NCBI RefSeq assembly: GCF_009914755.1
Contig: NC_060926.1
Strand: one strand, 5' to 3'
DNA: 64,000 nt
Source: the human T2T-CHM13v2.0 reference genome, Homo sapiens
This document shows positions 30,489-44,620 of this stretch, in pieces. Each line of letters opens with the position of its first letter. Within the stretch, counting starts at the first letter, position 1. The position numbers and the translations under genes are program-made. Below the pieces are notes generated by a model. That model was not told the DNA's origin. It ran no database searches and worked only from the letters and a program-made list of their open reading frames with translations.

Positions 30489-30771
30489 TTTTGAGACAGG
30501 ATCTCACTCTGCTGCCCAGGCTGGAGTGCAAGGGGCACCATCTCACTGCAGCCTCGACCTCCAGAGCTCAAGGGATCCTCCCACTTCAGCTTCCAGAGTA
30601 GCTAGGACCACAGGCGCGCCCCACCACACTCAGCTAATTTTTAAATTATTTTTTGTGGAGACGGGGTTTCTCCATGTTGCCCAGGCTGGTCTCGAACTCC
30701 TGGGCTCAAGTGATCCACCCGCCTCAGCCTCCCAAAGCGCTGGGATTACAGGCATGAGCTAGTGCACCAGC
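30489..30771 (-). mobile_element. Alu (AluJ-like)
   Basis: Antisense Alu body. Confidence 0.93.
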
Positions 30772-30949
30772 TTCTGGTGCATTCTTTAAGATGCTCAGCA
30801 CTTGTTCTGTTGGAAGACAGGGCTTCCCTGGGGGCCACCTGCCCCACTGAACTTCGACAAGCTGCCCCCTGCCTTTCAGATAGGCCTAACCCTTCACCCC
30901 ACCACTCGCTAGAGGTTTGGGGAGAGGGCTTCCTGAACCGGGGACCTTC

Positions 30950-31900
30950 ACCCTTCGCGGGTGCTGGCTCGCGTTCACACCCCTTCCACCCCGGAAGAAG
31001 TGAGCTCCCTCATCTTCCTCTGCAAGTTTCCAACTTGGAGCCCACAGAAATGAAGACCCCGTTTTCAGGCCCGGGGCTCCCTGGAGGCGGTGGTTGAGGA
31101 GTCTGATGAGTCACACTGAACCCCGCCTTCCAGGTCCGAGCTCAGAACTGGGACGCACTCTGGGCCTGTGCTGTCTACCGAAAGCGTGGCTTGGCCACGC
31201 TCCGAAGCCGCAAACCCACGTGTGAGAGGCTCCCGCCTCTCTCTCCCGCGGGGCCCGGGCTCTGCCGCTCCTCCGCCGTGGGGTCCCCTCGGACTTCCGC
31301 TCCTGGCCCCGGGTGCCTCCGGCTGCGCAGTAAGAAGCCGAGGTTCACGCTGCCCTTCGACGGGAGAAACTGCCGGCGGCCTCAGCCAGCGACTTCCCAG
31401 GGCCCAGCCCGGCCTCCTCCCCTCCCGCGCCCTCTCTCCTCCCGTACCCAGGCCTTCGCCTCCTCCCCGCTGCGTCCCAACCTCCCGCTCTCCCAACCCC
31501 TCGCCCCTCCTCCCGTCCCCTTTTCTTTCGCTTCCTCCTCCCTCTCTCTCCCTCATTTCCCCTTCCCTCTCCCGTCCTGCTTCTCTCCCTCTCTGCCCTC
31601 TTTCACTCTCCCTCTGTCTCTTCTCCTCCTCTCCCCGGCGACCCTCAGGGAAGGGGGACAGCCGTAGAGGTGAAGGCCCCTCTCCTCCCCTTCCCCAGAG
31701 CTGGAAGCTGTGGAACTCGGACCCCCGCAGCTCTGCCCACCGGTGTCCCGGCGCTTCTGGACCCAGGATCTGCAAAGCTGAGCAAGTGGCCTCTGCCCAG
31801 CCCGTGAAAGGCTCCCCCACGGGCTCCGAGGAGGGCCTTTCGGCTCGTGATCTTTTCACATGAGTGGCTCCTCCTCTAGGACAGGGAAATAAGAGGCAAG
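30950..31900 (-). promoter_or_regulatory. CpG island, probable promoter and first exon of a minus-strand gene
   Basis: Dense CpG and repeat-free; ETS/GABP ACTTCCG at 31293-31299, E-box CACGTG at 31217-31222, AP-1 TGAGTCA at 31107-31113; strong minus-strand G skew; possible donor TGG|gtacgg with the exon ending at 31448. Confidence 0.8.
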
Positions 31901-33164
31901 ATTCCAACTCCTTAGAGAAAATGTTTGGACGCAGATGGTACTTGGGGCCCCGAGGCACAGTGGAGACTGGGAAAGATTGTAGGTGAAGGAGCAAAAGGCC
32001 CAGGTCAGCCCCAGCTCGCCTGTGTCCTGGACTCTTCAAGGGGATCTGACGTCGCTGTGTGCCTTCCAAGCCCTGGAGGTCCAATCTGAGTGCCTTCCCC
32101 TGGTGACCTTCCATGCTTCACTACAGAACAGCAATCAGTATTTTATTTTGCGGGGAGAGATTACAACCCGCCCAAATCGTAGAAATTTCCACCCAACATT
32201 GTGATTTGGCCCAAAAGCTAAATAATATGTTCAAGAAAAAATCCGTTGGAGGTACCAGCAGAGCAGCACATCTAGAAGAAAGAGTAGTTTAGATCTAGAC
32301 ATTGCCTCTGGCTAGCTTAGGGCCTTAAGCAAGAAAATGGAGTAATGATCCCTACAGTTCGTGTTGTTTTGAGGAGAAACTGAGATGATGCATGTGATAA
32401 TGTAAACTATAAAATGCCATACAAATATAAGCTATTGTATCTTGAGATGTATGGCCAGCCAAAGAAGAAAAAGAATAGTTTAACCCTGACTTTCGACAAG
32501 ACCACAGTGAAAAAACCATGTTTCCCAATGCTGTTTTAGCAATACCCTAGGGAAGATCCCAGGGGCCTGTGGGACTGCCACAAAATTCTTGCAAAATTGT
32601 CTTAACCAGGACACTTTAATTTCACCATCATTAAAAAAATAACTTGCCATTGAGTACATCTGGGAACAGGAGATGTCAGAAAATCAAAGATTGAATGTCA
32701 AAATAGTGAAATGGTAGATGAAGATTTAGGAAGCATTCGGTTAAACCAAATAAAACAAGTTATTTGCTGCTGTTTTACTCCAGAATTCCTCATAGCCTTT
32801 GGTATGCATATTGTGATTCAAAAGAGCCATCGGATCAGCATTTCAGGACTAACCCGCCAAGAAATTCATGTGAACACCAGCCTATCCTCACAGGCAGGCT
32901 GGATTAATCTCTTACTCTGTATTTCTACACTGTCTACCTGAGGCTCTGACACTGCGATTTCAGTTTCCTCATGGGTTGCCAAATGCTTGCAAAGAATTGA
33001 CCCTCCTAGATTCATTCATCAAATTTTCATTGAGTGTTTTTGTGCCAGGAACAGGGCTATAGACACACAAGCAACATAAAACAAGTAATACTCCAGCCCT
33101 AGTGTCACTGGAGGAAATAAACACAAACAGTGACCATGACAATATAATTAGCTATTCACCATGA

Positions 33165-33480
33165 GCAGCTGGCAGTTGGCCTCACATAGGGGTCTGGTCT
33201 CAAACTCAAGTGCTTCCAGAAACCAGACACAAAGGTGTGGGGGCAGGGGCTGTGGAGAACTGGGGAAGGTAGGCCTGGTCTGAAGGGGGAGCCCCATGAA
33301 GCATGCACCCATCGTTGGCAGCCTGGCCAAGTTACCACATCGCCCACTTTTTCAAGAGAAGCCAGCAATCTGAATTCTTGTGTGAAATCACCTAATTTTT
33401 AAATGTTGTCACCTGATTCAAACTTTTAGGAGAGGACTATCAGGACTCATTCTGTGAGCTACCAGTTTATAACTTCTACC
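33165..33480. mobile_element. MER102-like hAT element
   Basis: gagaagccagcaatctgaattcttgtgtgaaatcacctaatttttaaatgttg. Confidence 0.6.
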
Positions 33481-35128
33481 CTCCCTGTGTCACCAAAACT
33501 GATTCAAAAATATGACAAGAATCCAAAAAGACTGAGAAATACCCCTCTATAGTGGCTATCACTAAAGGAGGCATAAATGCCAAGTAAATAATTTCTAAGC
33601 TTCATAATTATCCAAAAATATTTATTATGGGTTTAATATGTGCTGACATATCTATGAATGGGTCTTACTGTTTCAATTATAGTAACATGTGACTAAGTCA
33701 TCAGACTGCTGTACCCTAGGTTATCCATAAAAAACAAAAGCAAAAAACTTGGCTCCACCTGAGTAGCAAAACATTCTAAATTTTCCAAAGCAAATGAATA
33801 GAAATGGTGAGAAGAACCGATTAATACATGTTTGCTGAAGCTAAAATACTGTTTTATGATCCCATCCCTTTGGGTTCTCAGAAGACTTGAGTTTTAGGGA
33901 GGAAGCCTGGGGTGCACATATATTATATTTATATCATTGCCAATTCTGTCTTTAAATTGCTGACCAATACACTTTGCATTTGTTTTGGGCAAATGACATG
34001 TGCCCAAAATGAGTGACATGTCACTCAATTATAGTTTGGTTTTGGTTTTTAAGGGATTGAAGTAAAGTTGCTGAAGGCATGCCAGAGAAGGACCCAAATA
34101 CTATCCAGGCAGCTTGACTAGCAACGTGGCTCAGATTATATCAAGGAGGAAAAAGTAGGTAATTGATTTGTTTGGTTAAGACTGAAAATTAAATTATTTT
34201 AATTTTCATGTTGTTGGGGGCAGGCGCTGAATTTTTTGGGAAAGGAAGGAGAGGGAAAAAAGCCCTAATACAGCCCTTACTCATGCAGGCTATGAAAAGT
34301 ACTATTATCCTAGTTTCACAGACAGAGGGTGTAAAATACGTATGAGATTTACCCCCATCGTTGTCTCTCAGCAGATAACCTAGCCTGCTTCATTGAGAAA
34401 ATTAACTTTAAATCCCACAGCTTTCTGGCTGTCACTGTAAACTCACCTGCATTATAGCCATTCTTCCTCTAGTCTTAGCATAAAGGTGTCCTTCCTTCTA
34501 AGGTCATCCTCAGCAAGTCTTTCTCAGTGGTTCTCAGCCCCCAACTCTCTGATACCTTCACCTGGGGACATTTTTAGAAAACACTGATGATGCCTGGGTC
34601 CCACCCCCAGGGATCTGAATTGAATTGGGTGGGATTCCCAGGTGCTTCTAATGTGCTTCCCAGAGCCCTTCATTGCCTCTCCCCTTTGGAATCTCCAACT
34701 TCTCTTCTCTGGCTTCTCCCGACCAGCAAGTAAACATGCTTCCTACTATCCCATATTCATATCTCATCCTCTCCTACTCTTTCATGTCTAATCTCTTATA
34801 AAAGTAGTACCTTCCCTGCCCCAAACCACATCTCCTGTTCACCATCCAGCTTCTGCCCTCACCTTTCCACAGAAAAACTCCTATGATAAGGTCACCAATG
34901 TCTTCTCTTTGGCCAAAACCTCAACGATTAACTTTCAGAACTTTTCTGAATCATCTGACACTGCTTACCAAACCCTCCATTTCTGAAACATTCTCCCTTA
35001 GAGTCTGTGTGTCTTCTATTTCTCTGAGTTCCCTTTCTCAGTCTCCTTAGTCACCTCTTTCTCCTTCCTTGCTTTATTAAAAGTTTACATCTTGGTGACT
35101 ATAGTTTTTCAAAATAGATAAGAATTCA

Positions 35129-36380
<1,252 letters not shown>

Positions 36381-36469
36381 CTTGTTTTGTTGGGGAAAAA
36401 AAAAAACAACTAATGCTTGCTTTCTGTCTCTTCTTCCTGGATGAGGTCATCCATACCTACAGCTGCTGC

Positions 36470-36745
36470 TTCTTTTTTTTTTTTTTTAGACAGTCTCATT
36501 CTGTCACCCAGGCTGGAGTGCAGTGGCGTGATCTCGGCTCACTGCAACTGCCTCCCAGGTTCAAGCGATTCTACAGCCTCGGCCTCCTGAGTAGCTGAGA
36601 CTGCAGGCGTAAATCACCATGCCCGGCCATCTTTGTATTTGTAGTAGAGTCAGGGTTTCACCATGTTGGCCAGACTGGTCTCAAACTTCCGACCTCAAGT
36701 GATCTGCCTGCCTTGGCCTCCCAAAGTGCTGGGATTACAGGTGCC
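36470..36745 (-). mobile_element. Alu inside an L2 remnant
   Basis: Antisense Alu body. Confidence 0.93.
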
Positions 36746-37823
36746 CACAGCTTCTTTTTATCACATGGACACTAGGACTCAGATCTGTTTCTCAAGCCCA
36801 TCCATCTGTCCTGAACTCTAGGTCATGGTCTTCAAAGACTAGACATCTCCAAAAGGGTATCCCACAGATCCCTCCAACTCTTCATGTGAATAGCAGAATG
36901 CATCAGCTGGACTCCAAATCCACTCTTCCTCCCCATTCCTATCTTTGTTTATGATATCTGTTACTTGTGTTAGAAACCCAGGAGTCATAAGCTCCTCTTC
37001 TTCTTACATCCCCCACATCGGGTCAGCCATCAAGTTTGATCTAGGTAGTCCGTTATCTCCTCTTTGCTTCCACAAACTACTTTGGTTTAGTTCATCCCTC
37101 ATCTGGACCATGCAGTCAGTAGTAACATCACTGGCCTCCTGCCTCCACTTACCTGCCTCCACCCCACAGAATCTTGCGTCGTTTAACAACCTCCATCCCT
37201 TCTTTCCCCAGCCACCTTGGCTTCCATCCTCTTGGACATCGGGAATCCTAATGTTTGTCAGTGGGAACAGACATGTCCCTTAGTGTTAGAAGCGCTTGCC
37301 ACCAGTATCATTGTCTTATTTTGGAGAAAACCAAGAGCCTGGTTTTCTCCTATAGGCCCTTGTCCATTCTGTTCCTGTTCCCAGCCAGGTCACAGTGGAT
37401 TTTTCCAAATAGAGAGAGGAGACCCCACGCAGCCATTGGCAGAGGTCAAGTGGCATTTCTCAGTGTCATCAGAGCCCTGTAGCTCCATGGATATCATTGT
37501 TCAGGAGGAAGTGAAATTGGGCATTCATGTTTTGAAGTGAATTTATTAAAAGAAAAATGTTAAACGAATAATAACCCATATGGTTTGTGGATAAAGCAAA
37601 ACCTGAGGGTTGTTCAGGGAAACGTTTGTCAAATGAACAGCTCAAATCAGCTTCCAGGAGGGAGGGCACAGTGGGGATGAGGAAGGCAGAGGAGAGTGAG
37701 ATGAAAGACGGAAAGGGACTCTGCTCCTGAGCCCGGAGGACCTTCCTTCACCTCAGTTCCCCTCCACACTCTTCCTTGAGGGCAGCTTTGGCTGCATTTT
37801 CACACCAATAATAAGAAAATCCC

Positions 37824-38133
37824 AGTCAGACACGGTGGCTCACCCTGGTAATCCCAGCACTTTGGGAGGCTGAGGCAGGAGGATTGTGTGAGCCCAGGAG
37901 TTCAAGACCAGTCTGGGCAACATAGGGAGACTCTGTATGTGCAATTAAAAAAAAAAAAAAATTAGCCAGGTGTGGTCCCAGCTACTCAGGAGGCTGAGGT
38001 GGGGGGGATCGCTTGAGCCCAGGAAGTCGAGGCTGCGGTGAGCCATGGTCATACCACTGCACTCCAGTCTCAGTGACAGAGCAAGACTCTGTCTCAAAAA
38101 AAAAAAAAAAAGAAAGAAAGATAAAGAAAATCA
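37824..38133 (+). mobile_element. Alu (AluJ-like)
   Basis: TSD aagaaaatccca on both sides. Confidence 0.94.
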
Positions 38134-38229
38134 AAGAAAATCCCAACATTCCCGGGAGGGAAAGAGTTTTCATGACACTCTCTCCTGCAATTAAGAGAGA
38201 GCAGGAATTGCCTTTGGATGCTTGACTCT

Positions 38230-38720
38230 TTGTGCACAGAGGAGAGGCCACAACTGTCACCCTGCAGCAACAAATTGCCAACTTAATTATCTATTAATGT
38301 CCTGCAAATTGTAAGTCATTTGATATTTTCTCCAAGAAAACATCTCCAAATTGTCAGCAGTCTCCCCTGCGTCCTAATTATTGTGTCACTAACTGTGTTG
38401 GTTCCATTTCTTTTTTCCACAAAATGGGTCCCTCAGCATTGGCTGATCATAGTTATCATTTTTTAATGGCCAAATGTGATGGATTTACAAAGAGTTTCCC
38501 CAAAGCTGCTGGCCGTTTGGGCCTCATGCATCAGTGCGAGACAAATGTGAATTGAGTAATTCCGTCACAGCCATTTGTCAACACCTCAGAGGAGAAAATG
38601 TCAGCAGCACATGATGGCGATCTAACTAGTTATGAATTTGAATTTGGCTGTTCTCCTTCCTCCTCAGGAGAAAGGATATATGATCTGAACAATCTATTAC
38701 CTTTAAATGTCATAGTTTCC
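38230..38720. promoter_or_regulatory. Candidate enhancer (PBX-HOX/MEIS motif cluster)
   Basis: Repeat-free; TGATGGAT at 38477-38484, six TGTCA and several TAAT cores. Confidence 0.4.
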
Positions 38721-38798
38721 TAAACTAGATAAATATTCTACCATACTGCTTGGCCCACCAACCAAGGGTAGGATAACACCAAAGGAGCCAGAGATTTA

Positions 38799-39545
<747 letters not shown>

Positions 39546-39659
39546 TACGTGCCAGGGCAGGGACAATGGGCCTGTCAGACTCTTTACCACTGTGAGAGCT
39601 GTGCTGGTAAGGAAAGGATTCTGATCCTGGCAGAGCAGCAGATCCTAACTAAAGTCACT

Positions 39660-40850
39660 AGCATATCAGCAGGGAAGTCTGCAATGCACCGAGAGGCCCT
39701 CTGTGAAAGGGTGCATTATAGGGCTGGGGCAGCTGGGGCAGAAAATACACAGTGAGCCTGGAGCATTTGACAGAAAGTAAAGGAGTGCTCAAAACAAACA
39801 CCAAACAGAGCAAAATGCAAAAAAGGAGGAAGTCATGTCAAAAAGGACACAGGAGCAAGCCCAAAAAGTGTGCAGAGTCATAAACAGAAACCAACTGAGC
39901 AATAAAAAAAACAGTACTGGATTCTAACCCAAAGAATAAAATAAATCTCCATAGTGCATACTGATATAAAGAAATGATTGAATGAATAAATGAGTAGAAG
40001 AGAGAAACTGTCCTTACAGGATTCCCAATGATAAAGGTAGAAGGCACGAGGGAAGTAGAAAATCACCATTTGAACACCACAGTAATAACTGCTGCAGCTA
40101 AGATTCACTGATGAATACTAAAATTAGTGGGTGAAACTTTAAGCAGAAATAGAATCTTTGTATAGCCTCAAAGTATCTACCCAAAAACATTAATAAGTCA
40201 CTGTGGTGGTTTTAACGTATGTCCACAAATTCTTTGATACTCCTTCCTCTAGAAAAGGAGCTTAATTCCTTTCCCCTTGAGTATGGGCTGGACTTAGTGA
40301 CTTACTTCTAACAAATGGAGTATTGAAAAAGAAAATTAGTAACTTCATAGAGGCAAAACCTGGCAGACACCTCCTTAACCAAGTGATCAAGCTTAACGTC
40401 ACCTGTAATCTTTCAGGCTGATACCATGTACCCCCAATAGGATGTCATGAGAAAGGCACTTCCCCTAGTGATATTCTTCCCCAAAATTCATAAGAAAACG
40501 TTAGTCAATCTCAAACTGAAAGACATCCTACAGTATACCTGACCATAACTTTTAAAAGTGTCAAGGTCATGAAAAACAAAGAAAGCCTTTAAAACCATCA
40601 CATATTGGTGAAGACTAAGGAGACAGGACAACTCAATACAATGTGAGACCCTGGATTGGATTCTAGGACAGAAAAAAAGGATGAGTGGGGAAATTGGTGA
40701 AATCTGAATGAAGTCTGTAGTTCAGCTGATAGTTCCGTATTAATGTTAATCTCTCAGTTTTGATAACTATACCATGGTTATGTAAGATATTACCTTTAGG
40801 TGAAGCTGAGTGAAGGGTATAAGGGAATGCTCTGGGATGTCTTTGTGGAG
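39660..40850 (+). mobile_element. L1MC/L1MD-like 3'UTR fragment
   Basis: aaacctggcagacacctccttaaccaagtgatcaag; ctggattggattctaggacag. Confidence 0.75.
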
Positions 40851-40878
40851 GGGAATGCGCAGAAGTTGAGAGACCAGA

Positions 40879-41173
40879 GGTGAGGTTCAGTGGCTCATGC
40901 CTCTAATCGCAACACTGTGAGAGGCTGTGGCGGGAGGATCACTTGAGCTCAGGAGTTCAAGAGCAGCCTGGGCAACAAAGTGAGACCCATCTGTACAAAA
41001 AAAAAAAAAAAATTAAAAAATTAGCCAGGCATGGTGGAGTGCACTTGTAGTCCCAGCTACTTGGAGCTGAGGTGGGAGGATCACTTGAGCCCTGGAGGCT
41101 GCAGTGAGCTATGATCACATCACTGCACTCCAACCTGAGAGACAGAACGAGATCTTCTCTCAAAAGAAAGAAA
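40879..41173 (+). mobile_element. Alu (AluJ-like)
   Basis: Sense Alu body. Confidence 0.92.
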
Positions 41174-41249
41174 AGTTTCAACAGCCTCCTACCTAAAGCA
41201 CAGCCTCCTACCTAAGCCCCTGTGCTTTAGGTAGGAGGCTGTTGAAACT
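41174..41249. repeat. Perfect inverted repeat, 30-bp arms and 16-nt loop
   Basis: 41174-41203 agtttcaacagcctcctacctaaagcacag is the exact reverse complement of 41220-41249. Confidence 0.97.
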
Positions 41250-41491
41250 ACCTTGCCTTTGTTGATTGCTTTGTAACTATGCAATGCTTCCTTTGTTCTC
41301 TCACTAGACTGGACTCACTCACCACAGTTCTATGATTTTTCTCTGTTAGTTTCTGAAGACCTGGAAGAGAATTAGAGAAAACAGGCAGCAGAGTTAGGAA
41401 GCGGCAGAGTAGGCAAGGAGACAGGTCCAGTTGATGGTATAAACTAACACATACCATGCTCGTGTGAGATATTTAGTAATAGGGGAAACTG

Positions 41492-41791
41492 GGCCAGGTG
41501 TGGTGGCTCACCCCTGTAATACCAGCACTTTGGGAGGCTGAGGCGGATGGATCACTTGAGATCAGGAGTTCAAGACCAGCCTGGCCAACGTGGCAAAAAC
41601 CCTGTCTCTACTAAAAATACAAAAAATTAGCCAGGTGTGGTGGCGGGTGCCTGTATTCCTATCTACTCAGGAGACTGAGGCAGGAGAATTGCTTGAACCC
41701 AGGAGGGGGAGGTTGCAGTGAGCCGAGATCACGCCACTGCATTCCAGCCTGGGCAACAGAGTGAGACTGTCTGAAAAACAATAATAATAAT
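41492..41791 (+). mobile_element. Alu (AluS-like) inside an L1M 3' end
   Basis: TSD taataggggaaactgg/taatagtggaagctgg. Confidence 0.95.
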
Positions 41792-42129
41792 AGTGGAAGC
41801 TGGGGTGGGGTATATAGGAACTCTCTCTGTAATGTTCTCAGTTTTTCTGTAAAATTAAAACTATTCTAAAAAGTAAAGTCTATTTAACATAAAAAACAAA
41901 AAACATTCCTGTCTATGCTCCTAGGTAAACAGAGCACAGAGACTCAGTTTCAGCAGAGCGGCCCTGGTTTGGCTCCAAGGCACTTGCGAGGGTGCCCAGA
42001 GAGAGAATGTGACATGTGGCAGAAAGCAGAGCCACAGAGACGACAGAAGGGCCTGGGGAAGGGGACAGAAGGTCATAGGAAGACAGGAGAAGGAGGGGTG
42101 GGGAGGATGGCGGTGAGACAGCCCCGGTG

Positions 42130-42600
42130 CTTCGGGCCATTCCTTTTCCTAGTTGCCCTCCCCCCAGGAGCCCTCTACTCCAAACTCTACTCCCACCCTG
42201 CTGGGTTTCCTAGACTGCATGATTTTGCCAGGTACTCCCCTCCACTCCTCTCCACCCGGCCTCTGGCTTCCCTGGGGCTGGGCCAGTGGGAGGCCAGGGA
42301 GGGGAGTGGGCTGAGAGCACTTAGGCCCCTCCCCCACCAGTTTGCCTCCAGGGCCCCCTCTCTTGCAGGGGCGTTGCTCCTGTCAGGCAGCCCCTCCCTG
42401 GCTCTTCTCACTGGTGCCCTGGCTGGGAACTGGAGCTGTGCTTGCCCCTGCAGGCCTGGCCACGGTGATGGTTCCTGCGGTGAGGACTGCACTATGCCTT
42501 GTTTCCCTGATCTCTGCCCACATCTTAGTAAATCCTCCCATTATTAAACACTTCTCAGTTACTCAATTGAGTACGTCATCGGTTTCGCCCCGGGACTGCA
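42130..42600 (+). mobile_element. ERVL LTR (LTR33-like)
   Basis: ggccagtgggaggc...; 3' part attaaacacttctcagttactcaattgagt...gtttcgccccgggac. Confidence 0.6.
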
Positions 42601-43859
42601 ATGGACAGAAAAAAAAGTGACTCACACATGGTGTTTCTTTAGTGTTCACCTTCCCCTTTAGAACAGAAACTCCACGAGGGCAGAGATTTTATATGCTTTG
42701 CTCATTGTCACTGCTGAGTCACTCCATAAATTTAACTTGTGAAATGAATGAGTGAATGCTCATTTGATCCGCAGTGTCTCATGTGGCAGTCACTCCTGCA
42801 TGTGGCAGTCACTAGCACGAAATGTGGCTAGTGAGACTGAAACACTGAATTTTAAATGATAATCTACAGAGCTACCTGTGGCTAATGGCTACAGCCTCCT
42901 CTCTAAGGGGATCTCCTGCACTTAGGCAATTTCCTAGCTATTCAAGTCTATTCCGCCCCAATAGGGGTTAAGAAAGTTGCTCAAGGCTGAGGCAGGGAAA
43001 GTAACTAAATCACTTTAGCTGTTTCCCTCACCCTAGGGAACTGGGCTGCTGAGTTTTCTGGCTTGTCTCTGGGCAGGCAAGCTCGGGAATGTGTGCCTTG
43101 CTTTGGGACATTTGCATTTTAATTTCGCTGCAAACTTTGTTTCTTGGATAACTGTGCTTACCAGGCCCTTAAAAACTTGCAGCTTTATAAGAGCGCTGGC
43201 CCCAAGCCAGGGGAGTCTCCAGCTGCTGACTGATCCTGCCTGGAAAGTCAACTTGGAAGAGCCACAAATGTCCTAATCCTCTTCCAAACCGCCTAAGTAG
43301 GTTTATCCAGTGACCTGTAAAACCAAATTAGTAAAGGGACACTTTAATTCCAGCTCGTTAGAGAGCTTCTAAAATCGTTGAGAAAGCCAACACAGCAAAT
43401 TCTGCGCTGGGGGGCTGAGAAATGCATCCCATTTTCAAAAGAAGATGTCCTTGCTTTCTCGTGGTTTCTCTCACCCACGCAGTTCAACACACAGAAAACC
43501 TTCTCTGTGGCTTTCACAGGGATCTCCAGGGAAGGTGGGAAGCCGTTCTTGAGAACGAGAAAAATACGGTGGCCCAGCAAGGTCAACTAATTTTCCCCAA
43601 GTTCTGCCACGTCCAGTCCCAGCTCTGGTCTCCTGACTCTGGCAGGGGGAACATTTGCACTGTTCTTGTTCCTTACCCCAGGAGCTGGCCTATTGCACAA
43701 CCTCAGGAAACAGCCCCTATGCAATCCTGGCCCACAGAGCGGACATGTTCTGGTTTTTATTCAGCAGCTTTTTTATGAAGTGTGTTTTCCTTTCCCATCA
43801 TGTCATCTGGAAGCAATTCCTCCCAACAGCTGGATTTGCTTTCACAATTGGTAAACACC

Positions 43860-44620
43860 GCGAATGGAAGGCCGGGGACGATGCGGAGCTCCCCGGAGGA
43901 GCCTTGTCCCCACCCGCTTGGCTCGCGTTCTGAAGCTTATCGCGGGTGCCTGCACAAGCCTCATCAAAATCGAGGGCGTCCTCCAGCAGGCGACCCACAT
44001 TGCATTCCCCGCTTAAGAGGGTCAACGTGTTCTTCGGGGGAGAAATTTTCTGAATGCTTTGCAGATAAAATTGATCAGATGCAGGCCAGATTGCCAGCTG
44101 CCGGGGCCGCGTGCGCCTGTGGAGGCCCCACCAGCGCGGGGCACCAGCGCCTCGGGGTCCCGGGGAGGCCTCTCTCTGCACCGCCGCCACCAAAGCCAGT
44201 AAGAGAGGGCAAAACCCCAAAGAGCACTGACTGGGCCGTCAAGGAAGATGAATGTCTCCCCAAAAGTGCTCCTCGGGGACAAGTTTCCACGCAGATGCAA
44301 CCGGGAACGCCGGCCAGGCTCCGGAAGGCGAGGCCCCAGAGCGCAGCGGCCTCCAAGCGCGGGCTCAGCCTGTCGCCTCCGCAGCCAGGGCCCAGGAGGC
44401 CGCTCTTCCGGGGTCACCAACACGGCTCGTTCTGAGCCTAGAGGCCCAGGGCACAGTGTGAGCCGGAATACGGTGTAGGGGACACAGCTCAGGCCCCAGG
44501 CACTCCCTCCTGTCGCAGAAGAAATGCTGTTCTTTGATCAATGTTTCTAATGTGGGGAAACCAGCCGAGCACGTGGCTGAACTCTCGGAGGGAGCACGGG
44601 GTGCTGGTGAGCCCCCGCTC
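43860..44620. promoter_or_regulatory. Second CpG island (orphan or lncRNA promoter/enhancer)
   Basis: High CpG and GC density, repeat-free, no recognisable coding exon. Confidence 0.7.

Noticed and set aside
30950-31900. Assigning a gene symbol to the minus-strand gene or a number to the RPSA pseudogene
   Set aside because: I do not recognise the sequence or peptide; a genome alignment is needed.
31065-32114. 349-aa, 231-aa and 158-aa ORFs over the first CpG island
   Set aside because: Low-complexity G/R/E or P/S/L translations caused by GC richness and the purine tract; no recognisable domain.
41915-42547. 210-aa ORF
   Set aside because: Mostly overlaps an LTR33-like LTR; no coding hallmark.
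43782-44435. 217-aa and overlapping ORFs on both strands at the second CpG island
   Set aside because: Stop-poor GC-rich DNA gives ORFs in many frames; no domain similarity seen.
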